Below are positions 43,096 through 51,190 of a stretch of DNA of 64,000 nt, piece by piece. This stretch comes from an uncultured Arcobacter sp. Lineage in GTDB: Bacteria; Campylobacterota; Campylobacteria; Campylobacterales; Arcobacteraceae. The notes under the pieces were generated by a model. The model did not search any database. It had not been told where the DNA came from and worked only from the letters and a program-made list of their open reading frames with translations. The first letter of the stretch is position 1, and every line of letters begins with the position of its first letter. The stretch spans positions 1,536,001-1,600,000 of the forward strand of contig OZ223300.1 in assembly GCA_965140705.1 (NCBI GenBank), written 5' to 3'. A program made the position numbers and the translations under genes.

Positions 43096-43629
43096 TTACT
43101 GTTTTATGATTGTAATAACTAACTCTCCAACCGTAAAACCAAACTTTTTCATTTTTGAATGATTTATTATTATACCATCTTCTTGTAAATGTAGCCAATC
43201 TTTTACATTTAAATCAATAGTTCCACTTCCATAAGGAACTCTCATAGTGTAATCCATCATAACAGTATTTCCTAAACTTCTTAAAATAGCATCACCAACT
43301 ATATCAGAGGCAGTTCCTATGTAAGTACCATCTTCTTGGGGAGTTAATGTCCAAACTCTTGTTTGTTTTGTGCCATCACTATAAACAAACTTTTCATCCA
43401 ATGTTCCAACTCCATTTTTATCCCAAGAGCCATGCATATCAGCTTTAAAGCTTTTTATGATTTTTCCACCCATATCTTTTACTATTCCATAAGCTTTTAA
43501 ATCTCCATTAAAATAATCTTTTGGAATAAATACTGGTTTTGTATCTTTAAAGTCACTCATTTTCATAGAAGTACATCCTGTAATTAAAGTTGTTAAAATG
43601 ATAAGCAAAGTATATTTTATTATTTTCAT
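43096..43629 (-). CDS. DUF3833 family lipoprotein
   Basis: Lipobox ITGC, LDEKFVYSDG...RVW, DW, MKKFG. Confidence 0.85.
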   Translation of the reverse strand: MKIIKYTLLIILTTLITGCTSMKMSDFKDTKPVFIPKDYFNGDLKAYGIVKDMGGKIIKSFKADMHGSWDKNGVGTLDEKFVYSDGTKQTRVWTLTPQEDGTYIGTASDIVGDAILRSLGNTVMMDYTMRVPYGSGTIDLNVKDWLHLQEDGIIINHSKMKKFGFTVGELVITIIKQ

Positions 43630-44852
43630 GCTATTAATCCTTTATTTAAATTTATATTTTGATCCCTTGTCAATGTAACTTGTACTAAATTTACATTTCT
43701 AGTTATAAATGCAGCTTCGCAATAATTAAGATACATTTCCCACATTCTTAAAAAATACTCATCAAAACCTAGTTTTTTTATCTCTTCTTTTTTATTTAAG
43801 AAATTTTGGTACCAGATATTTAATGTTTTGGCATAATCTTCCGTAAACTCTTCCATATGAAGTAAGTTTAGATTTGTGTATTTTGTAGTTGTCTCTAATA
43901 TCTTAGAAACACTTGGTAAATGACCACCTGGGAAGATGTATTTTTGTATAAAATCTGTACTATTACTATAGTGTTTATATCTTTGGTCTGGCATGGTAAT
44001 TATTTGTAACACTACCACTCCAGAAGGTTTTAATAAAGCTTCACACTTTTTAAAGAAAATATCAAAGTACTCTTTTCCTACTGCTTCAAACATCTCTACT
44101 GCAATAATTGCATCAAATTTACCTTCTAAATCCCTATAATCTTTTAATAAAATATCTATACTTTCTTCTACTTTGTGCTCTTTAAACTTCTCTTCACAAA
44201 GTCTTTTTTGCTCAGTACTTAAAGTTACTGTTGTAACTTTGCATTGCTTTTCTTTTGCCAAATGCAAAGCCATAGAACCCCATCCAGAACCAATTTCTAA
44301 GACATTATCACCTTTTTTAATATTTAGTTTGTTTGCAAGGTGTTCTATTTTTCTTTTTTGAGCTGTATATAAATCTTCATCTTTATCTTTAAATATTGCA
44401 GACGAATACATCATTGTATCATCCAAAAAAAGTTTATAAAAATCATTTGATAAATCATAATGTTCTGAGATATTTTTTCTTGAATTCTTTTTTGAATTCT
44501 TTCTTAAAAGATGTTTTACTTTATTAAAATGAGGAAGAAGATTTATAAGAAAATTCTTTGCATTATCTTCACTTTTTATTCCTATATATTTTGAGTTTAG
44601 TAAAGCTAGTTTTATGAGATTTGTTAAATTGTTTACAGAAAATTCTTTATTCATATAACTCTCTGCAAAGCCTATATCACCATAGAAAAGAAGATTTTTA
44701 AAGAAGCTATAATCATGTATTTCTAAAGAAATCTCTTCATCTAGTTTGTTTCCATAATATTTTATTTGATGATTTGGGTAGGTTACTTTTAAATTACCAA
44801 TTTGAATTTTTGATAATAAATTTTCACCAAATTTATGCCATAATTTTTTCAC
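43626..44852 (-). CDS. cfa: Cyclopropane-fatty-acyl-phospholipid synthase family methyltransferase (UfaM-like)
   Basis: GFAESY, NISEHYDLSN, LDDTMMYSSA, LEIGSGWG, EMFEAVG, FIQKYIFPGG; GTG start at 44852 with AGGAG RBS. Confidence 0.9.
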   Translation of the reverse strand: MKKLWHKFGENLLSKIQIGNLKVTYPNHQIKYYGNKLDEEISLEIHDYSFFKNLLFYGDIGFAESYMNKEFSVNNLTNLIKLALLNSKYIGIKSEDNAKNFLINLLPHFNKVKHLLRKNSKKNSRKNISEHYDLSNDFYKLFLDDTMMYSSAIFKDKDEDLYTAQKRKIEHLANKLNIKKGDNVLEIGSGWGSMALHLAKEKQCKVTTVTLSTEQKRLCEEKFKEHKVEESIDILLKDYRDLEGKFDAIIAVEMFEAVGKEYFDIFFKKCEALLKPSGVVVLQIITMPDQRYKHYSNSTDFIQKYIFPGGHLPSVSKILETTTKYTNLNLLHMEEFTEDYAKTLNIWYQNFLNKKEEIKKLGFDEYFLRMWEMYLNYCEAAFITRNVNLVQVTLTRDQNINLNKGLIA

Positions 44853-45595
44853 TAGTATCTCCTTATTTGATCTTCTTTTATAGGTTTTCTCCAAACCAAT
44901 CCCAATCTTTTTAATTTCATTGATTGCCATATTGTTCGTGTTACTACAAAAAAAGTTAAAAATGTATGTTTAAAAAATAGCTTTAAAACATTTTTTGATG
45001 AAAACTCCAATGAGTTTCCATTAAAATATGCACAAAGTACTCTATTTTTATTTTCATACAAATCGATTTTTACTAAGATTGACTTCTGTGTATATTTAAA
45101 AGTAAATTCATAATCACCAACTCTACTAAAAAAAGGAGAAACATACATATTTTTTTTTACTATTGCTTTATATTTATTTCCCTTTATCTCTTCTAAATCA
45201 AGATTATAAATAACTCTACCTCCATTGTAATTATGTACTTCTGCTAAAAGTTTATTTGGCTTATTATTTTCATCATTAATGATTAAAAGACTTATTGGAT
45301 TGAAGACAAAATTCATTATTCTAGGAAGTGTTACAAAGTGCATTCTTGAAGATTTTTCTACATTATGAGCTTTTAATAGATATTCCACATTATCTAAAAA
45401 GCTTTTATTTTGTCCAAAATGATCTTTTGATAAAAAAGAGAATAGATTAAATTTATTAGTTGAAAATAGGGTATTTTTTAATGAAGTAATATCATTTAAA
45501 TCAATATCTAACATAAAAAACTTATACTTGAAACTATGTTCAACTGGTAAAAATCTTTTATGATATATTATTCCATCAAAAAATTTATGACTCAT
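44852..45595 (-). CDS. DUF1365 family protein (UfaO-like)
   Basis: HKRFLPVEHSFKY, LPRIMNFVFNPIS, AEVHN, YVSPF. Confidence 0.88.
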   Translation of the reverse strand: MSHKFFDGIIYHKRFLPVEHSFKYKFFMLDIDLNDITSLKNTLFSTNKFNLFSFLSKDHFGQNKSFLDNVEYLLKAHNVEKSSRMHFVTLPRIMNFVFNPISLLIINDENNKPNKLLAEVHNYNGGRVIYNLDLEEIKGNKYKAIVKKNMYVSPFFSRVGDYEFTFKYTQKSILVKIDLYENKNRVLCAYFNGNSLEFSSKNVLKLFFKHTFLTFFVVTRTIWQSMKLKRLGLVWRKPIKEDQIRRY

Positions 45596-46827
45596 AATCC
45601 ACATCCTAACTCTTGGGCAATAGTATTAGCACTCCACAAACCATCTTCATGGAAACCATATCTCCAATATGCACCAGCAAAATATGTATTGTTTATTCCA
45701 TTTATTTCATCTCTTCTTTTTTGCATGTTTATTGCATTCATATCAAACTGAGGATGGGCATATTCAATTTTTTCAATAATATTTTCTACATTATCTATCT
45801 CATTTAAAGATACAAAATAGTCTTTTTTACTTTTTAAATTTTGTAATCTATTTATCCAATATGATAAAGTGGCATTTTTACTATTTTCATAACTTTTATA
45901 ATTCCAAGCTGCATAGATTTTTTTATTTGGATATAAAACATTATTATCATTGTGAAGTAGGGCACTATTACTTTTATATTTAAAAGCACCTAAAACCTCT
46001 TCTTCATTAGAAGTTACATCTTTTAATAATTCTAAAGTCTCTGGAGCATGCATAGCAAAAATTACTTTGTCATAGCTTGATTTTGAGTTATTTGCATGAT
46101 GTAAAACCACTTTATTATTCTCTCTAGTAACAGAAATAACATCAGAGTTTAAGATAGTCTTTCCTGAAATTTTATCAATAATTTTATTAACATAATTTAT
46201 ACTTCCATTTGATACAGTTAACCATTGATGGTGACTATTAACTCCCAATAATCCATGATTTTTGAAAAAGTTTATAAATGTATAAGCTGGAAAGTCATGC
46301 ATCTTATCACTAGGTGTTGACCAAATAGCTGCACCCATTGGAATCAAATATCTATTTTTAAATGCTTCTGAGTAGTTTGATATATATTCTCCTAATGATT
46401 TCTTTAATTGGGGTGAATTTATTTCTAAATCAAAATTTGCTCTTTCATTAAAGTTTAATATATCTTTTATCATTTTGTAATGACTTATGGAAAAAAAGTT
46501 TTTCTTTTGGAAAAACATTCCTTTTAGTGATTCTCCATTATAAGCTACATTTGATTTTGTATCCCAAAAACCAAAACTCATATCTGAGTTTTCTATTTTT
46601 ACATCAAGTTTTTCAAATAGTTTTGTCAAAAGAGGATATGTTGCATGATTAAATACCAAAAAGCCAGTATCTACACCAAATTTTTTACCATCTTCTTCTA
46701 CTTGTGTAGTTCTAGCATGTCCACCAAATCGATTATCTTTTTCATATAAATCAACTTCATGTTTACTACTTAGTAAATAAGCGCTTCCAAGACCACTTAT
46801 CCCAGCACCTAATACAGCAATTTTCAT
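45592..46827 (-). CDS. FAD-dependent oxidoreductase, amine-oxidase family (UfaD-like)
   Basis: GAGISGL, GGHART, VDTGFLVFN...YP, PMGAAIWS, FFKNHGLL, GFHEDG. Confidence 0.88.
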   Translation of the reverse strand: MKIAVLGAGISGLGSAYLLSSKHEVDLYEKDNRFGGHARTTQVEEDGKKFGVDTGFLVFNHATYPLLTKLFEKLDVKIENSDMSFGFWDTKSNVAYNGESLKGMFFQKKNFFSISHYKMIKDILNFNERANFDLEINSPQLKKSLGEYISNYSEAFKNRYLIPMGAAIWSTPSDKMHDFPAYTFINFFKNHGLLGVNSHHQWLTVSNGSINYVNKIIDKISGKTILNSDVISVTRENNKVVLHHANNSKSSYDKVIFAMHAPETLELLKDVTSNEEEVLGAFKYKSNSALLHNDNNVLYPNKKIYAAWNYKSYENSKNATLSYWINRLQNLKSKKDYFVSLNEIDNVENIIEKIEYAHPQFDMNAINMQKRRDEINGINNTYFAGAYWRYGFHEDGLWSANTIAQELGCGL

Positions 46828-46836
46828 ATTTAATCC

Positions 46837-47334
46837 TTATGAATGATTTGAATAAATAAGTTTTGATATATCCATAAAACTATCTAAGAACTTTAAAATC
46901 TTATTTAACTCATCTTTTTTTATACTTTTACTTTTACTCATAATCCAAATGTTTTCAAAATCACTACTTGCCATTACAGCAGTTTGATAATTGTTTAAAT
47001 AAAGGATTTTATACTCACTTGTAAATATGTAAAAATATGTCATATCTATCTTTGACATTGAACCTTTTTCTTTCGGAACTGCTTTACCTTCATACTGAAT
47101 AATATTATTTTTATCATTTTTATCATAACACCTGTTGAATACTTTAAACTCATTATCTTCAATAAGTTTATATTCAACAGTAGGTGCTAGACAATTTTTC
47201 TCAAAATAGTTATATGTACGTGCAATCTCAAACCAAGTTCCACTAAAAAGTTTAGGGTCAACAAAATTGACACTTTGAGGACTCTTTGCATACAAAGAGA
47301 AGAAAAAAAATAGTGATAAAAATAGTATACGCAT
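46837..47334 (-). CDS. Lipocalin family protein (second copy, no lipobox)
   Basis: GTWFEIAR, FEKNC, WIMSK. Confidence 0.82.
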   Translation of the reverse strand: MRILFLSLFFFFSLYAKSPQSVNFVDPKLFSGTWFEIARTYNYFEKNCLAPTVEYKLIEDNEFKVFNRCYDKNDKNNIIQYEGKAVPKEKGSMSKIDMTYFYIFTSEYKILYLNNYQTAVMASSDFENIWIMSKSKSIKKDELNKILKFLDSFMDISKLIYSNHS

Positions 47335-47414
47335 ATTAAATTCCTAAACTTTTATTAATCCAATTATATAAATAGAGTAAATAGTTTAATAGTTAGTTTT
47401 TGTCATTTCATAAA

Positions 47415-48659
47415 TTAATATTGCTGATTATACTTTTTTATAAAAAAAACTGCTAAAAGTTTAAGAAGGATAGGGAGTATAGAATAAAGTACAATTAGAG
47501 TATTTAAAGCCAAGTTTGAGATATTGTTAACATCAAAACCAACAATTTCCAATACAATAAAAGTAATAAATACAGCCAAAGCTAAAGATAATTTTGTAAT
47601 CATATTCCAAAAACCAAACAATACACCTGATATTTGATTTCCTAAGGTTTTTGATTTTTGAGCAATATCAGATTGAATAGAAGCTGGTATTGCCATATCT
47701 GCACTTAGACTTATTCCAGTACAAAAAGATATAATTCCAAATAAAATATAATTTTGTTCCCCTAAAAATGGAACAAAAGAGAAAGATATAACAGCAAAAA
47801 GAATTGAACTTATCCAAACTTTTTGTTTATTGATTTTCTTAGATAAATATATCCAAAAAGGCAAAGCAATTACAGCTGATAAAAAATAGACTAATAAAAG
47901 AGCTCCTGTGTATTCAGGTGTTTTAAGTACTAATTGCACATAAAATAAAAATAAAGTTGCAGGGATAGCATTTGCAAGGTTATTTAATATAAAAGCTATA
48001 AAAATATTATTTGCTTTTGAAAAATCTTTTTTAAACTTTTTTAAACTTTCAATAAAGCTTAAAGTTTCAACCTTAGACTTATCTTCTTTAATAAATAAAA
48101 TAAAAATCAATATAACTATTGGAAAGACTATTAGTGAGATTTTAAAAAGTAGATTTAAGCTCTCTTTTGCATCTTCAGATATACTATAAATATAAGGCAA
48201 AAGAAGTGCTATAACTACACCAACTATTGTTAAAACTTCCCTTGAAAATGAAAGTTCTGTATTATCATGATAATCTTTTCCGAGTTCTGCATTTAAAGCA
48301 AGATACGGAATATTTATAAAACTCCAAGATATATAAGTAAGCGCTGAAAAGATAAATAACCACCAAAATGAGTTTGAATTTGTAGGATGAATAAGAAAAT
48401 AGAAACTAAAAAGTAAAACTATAGTTCCTATACCTATTAAATAACTTTTTTTTATTTTTTTATCACTAATAAGTCCAATAAAAGGGTCACTAATCATATC
48501 AAGTAATCTTGATAAAAAAAGTGCAATACCAACAAGAGCAATATTCAATCCCACTTCATTTACATAATAATTTGGCAAATAAATATATATGGGAAGTCCT
48601 AAAAATGCTACAGGAATAGCAAGTAAGCCATAGGCAACTTTTTTGAATATATCATTCAT
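47415..48659 (-). CDS. MFS transporter (MFS_2/GPH-like)
   Basis: About 12 TM segments, RLLDMISDPFIGLISD, IPYLALNAEL. Confidence 0.88.
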   Translation of the reverse strand: MNDIFKKVAYGLLAIPVAFLGLPIYIYLPNYYVNEVGLNIALVGIALFLSRLLDMISDPFIGLISDKKIKKSYLIGIGTIVLLFSFYFLIHPTNSNSFWWLFIFSALTYISWSFINIPYLALNAELGKDYHDNTELSFSREVLTIVGVVIALLLPYIYSISEDAKESLNLLFKISLIVFPIVILIFILFIKEDKSKVETLSFIESLKKFKKDFSKANNIFIAFILNNLANAIPATLFLFYVQLVLKTPEYTGALLLVYFLSAVIALPFWIYLSKKINKQKVWISSILFAVISFSFVPFLGEQNYILFGIISFCTGISLSADMAIPASIQSDIAQKSKTLGNQISGVLFGFWNMITKLSLALAVFITFIVLEIVGFDVNNISNLALNTLIVLYSILPILLKLLAVFFIKKYNQQY

Positions 48660-49090
48660 GCTTTTAGCTTATTTTTTATATATTTTATAATATATTTTAT
48701 AATAGGTATTTTTTCATAAATATTTACTCCACTATCCCAATAATCAATATGTGAAATAACTTTTCCTTTAGAAGAAAACTCGACTCTACTTACACCCATA
48801 AATAATTCATACTCTTTACTTGCTTTTGAAGTTTTATATTTAAAAATCCATCTAAGATATGAAATATTATCTTTTGTAATTATTTCAGTGACTTTAAAAC
48901 TTGGTTCTTCTAGGGTTTCATACATATGATTAAAAATCTTTATTAAAGAGCATAAATCATTAATTTTTTGAAAGGGATCCTCAAAATAGATATCCTCACT
49001 AAATATAATTCTATAATCATTTATGTCTAAGTCTCTATTTAAGTTTTCAAAAAATAAAGCGTAGTTTTGAGCATGTTGTTTGAAATTCAT
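48656..49090 (-). CDS. NTF2/SnoaL-like protein
   Basis: FEDPFQ, GVS, HIDYWD, YEKIP. Confidence 0.85.
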   Translation of the reverse strand: MNFKQHAQNYALFFENLNRDLDINDYRIIFSEDIYFEDPFQKINDLCSLIKIFNHMYETLEEPSFKVTEIITKDNISYLRWIFKYKTSKASKEYELFMGVSRVEFSSKGKVISHIDYWDSGVNIYEKIPIIKYIIKYIKNKLKA

Positions 49091-49839
49091 TTTAATAACT
49101 TTTTATTTATTCCAAGTGATATTTTATATGGTAACATTGCCATTAATCTTAAAAAAAGTGATATCTTAAAAGGAAATCTTATTTCAAAAGAGTATTTTTT
49201 ATTTATTCCTTCGTAGATATTTTTTGCAGCAACTTCACTAGTAATTAAATCTGGCATTTCAAAATCATTTTTTTGAGTTAACCTAGTCTTTACAAAACCA
49301 TGATTTATGATTTGAATTTCAATATTTTTCACAATAAGTTCTGCTTGGATAGATTGTGCAAAGTTTACAAGAGCAGCCTTACTTGCACTATATCCTCCAC
49401 CATAAGGAAGACCAAAATAACTTGACAAACTTGCATTAAAAACTAATCGTCCAAATCCTTGTTTTTCATAAAATGGTATAAGAGTCGTAGTTACTCTTAA
49501 AGCTCCTAGATAATTGATATTTGTCATATTTTCATAATGTTTAATATTCCAATTTTCCATAGACATAACTTCATAAACAGCTGCATTAAAAATAGTTATA
49601 TCTATAGTATCAAATATACTAAAAACTTTTTTAATTGATGATTCTACACTTTCTATATTAGATACATCAATATCAAGTAGATTTAGTTTATTGGGATATT
49701 GTTTTTGTAAAGATAGTAGTTTTTCTGATGTTTCTATAGTTCTAGAAGAAGCTATTATTTTATAATCTTGCTTTAAATATATATTTAAAAGTTCTAAACC
49801 AATACCACTACTAGAACCTATTATCCAAATATTTTTCAT
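49087..49839 (-). CDS. Short-chain dehydrogenase/reductase
   Basis: WIIGSSSGIG, NAA, YSASK, GFVKTRLT. Confidence 0.9.
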   Translation of the reverse strand: MKNIWIIGSSSGIGLELLNIYLKQDYKIIASSRTIETSEKLLSLQKQYPNKLNLLDIDVSNIESVESSIKKVFSIFDTIDITIFNAAVYEVMSMENWNIKHYENMTNINYLGALRVTTTLIPFYEKQGFGRLVFNASLSSYFGLPYGGGYSASKAALVNFAQSIQAELIVKNIEIQIINHGFVKTRLTQKNDFEMPDLITSEVAAKNIYEGINKKYSFEIRFPFKISLFLRLMAMLPYKISLGINKKLLK

Positions 49840-49911
49840 AGTTAAACCTTTATTTGAGAAGTTTAACTATGTTTTATATTTTTTTGTATGCTTTATATGT
49901 TAGTTAATAAA

Positions 49912-51126
49912 TTATTGAAAATCAGAAAGAGGGTAATTTTCAATGACAAAATCGATATCTTTGTCTCCTCTACCACTTAGGTTAACTAATATTGTTTCAT
50001 CCTTACTTAAACTAGGTGCTAATTTCATAGCATATGCAACTGCATGGGCAGATTCTAATGCGGGAATTATTCCCTCTAGTTGAGATAATTTATAAAAAGC
50101 ATTAACTGCTTCTTTATCATCACATAATCCAACTTTTGTTTTTCCACTGTCCATTAGAAATGCATGCTCTGGTCCAACAGAGGGATAATCTATTCCACTT
50201 CCTATAGAATAAACTGGTGCTGGTTCCCCATTTTCATCTTTTAACATAATAGAATTAAATCCATGCATAATTCCTTCACTTCCATATGTTAAACTAGCTG
50301 CATGCTCACCTAATTTTTCACCTCTTCCTAAAGGTTCAATTCCATATAAGTTAACACCTTCATCATCAATAAAGCCAGAGAATATTCCCATAGCATTTGA
50401 ACCACCACCAACACATGCAATTACATAGTTAGGAAGTTTATTTTCATGACCCCAAAATTGTTCTCTAGCTTCAATTCCAATTATGCTTTGGAAATCTCTA
50501 ACCATCATAGGAAAGGGGTGAGGCCCTACAACTGAACCTATACAATAAATAGAGTTTTCTGTATCTGCTAAGTATGCTTCAAAAGCTGAATCAACTGCTT
50601 CTTTCAAAGTCTTTAAACCACGAGTTACTGGTACTACTTTTGCACCAAGTATCTTCATCCTAAGTACATTTGGATGCTCTTTTTTTATATCAACTTCACC
50701 CATATGAATCTCACACTCTAAGCCAAAATATGCAGCTGCAGTTGCAAGGGCAACACCATGTTGTCCAGCTCCTGTTTCTGCTATAACTTTTTTCTTACCC
50801 AAGTGCTTAGCTAATATTACTTCAGCCATACAATGATTTAATTTATGAGCTCCTGTATGGTTTAAGTCTTCTCTTTTTAAATATATTTTTGCACCACCAC
50901 AAAATTCTGTTAAATTTTTAGCATATGAAACAGGAGTAGGTCTTCCTTGATAATGTCTTCTTACATATTTCAACTCATTTATAAACTCTTCTGAGTTTTT
51001 GATTTCATTATATGCTTTAGTAATTTCTTCAAATGGTTTTATTAGTTGCTCTGGAATATAAGAACCACCAAATCTACCGAAATATCCTTTTTCATCAGGA
51101 TATGAACTTAAATATGAATCTTTCAT
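49912..51126 (-). CDS. trpB: Tryptophan synthase beta chain (no adjacent trpA)
   Basis: [55 protein letters not shown]. Confidence 0.96.
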   Translation of the reverse strand: MKDSYLSSYPDEKGYFGRFGGSYIPEQLIKPFEEITKAYNEIKNSEEFINELKYVRRHYQGRPTPVSYAKNLTEFCGGAKIYLKREDLNHTGAHKLNHCMAEVILAKHLGKKKVIAETGAGQHGVALATAAAYFGLECEIHMGEVDIKKEHPNVLRMKILGAKVVPVTRGLKTLKEAVDSAFEAYLADTENSIYCIGSVVGPHPFPMMVRDFQSIIGIEAREQFWGHENKLPNYVIACVGGGSNAMGIFSGFIDDEGVNLYGIEPLGRGEKLGEHAASLTYGSEGIMHGFNSIMLKDENGEPAPVYSIGSGIDYPSVGPEHAFLMDSGKTKVGLCDDKEAVNAFYKLSQLEGIIPALESAHAVAYAMKLAPSLSKDETILVNLSGRGDKDIDFVIENYPLSDFQ

Positions 51127-51190
51127 TTTTACCTCATTTTATTAATTACTGTGTGTATTATAAGTAAATAGGAGTTAAATAAAGATTATA

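Noticed and set aside
44853..44930. N-terminal extensions in the ORF track for cfa (also hxlR, ligA, blc, dnaJ, GNAT, crp)
   Set aside because: Downstream starts have better RBS or avoid long overlaps with neighbouring genes
47302..47310. A9 homopolymer in the lipocalin 2 signal sequence as a phase-variation tract
   Set aside because: Gene is in frame, and A/T runs of 8-9 are common at this AT content; no poly-G/C contingency tracts seen
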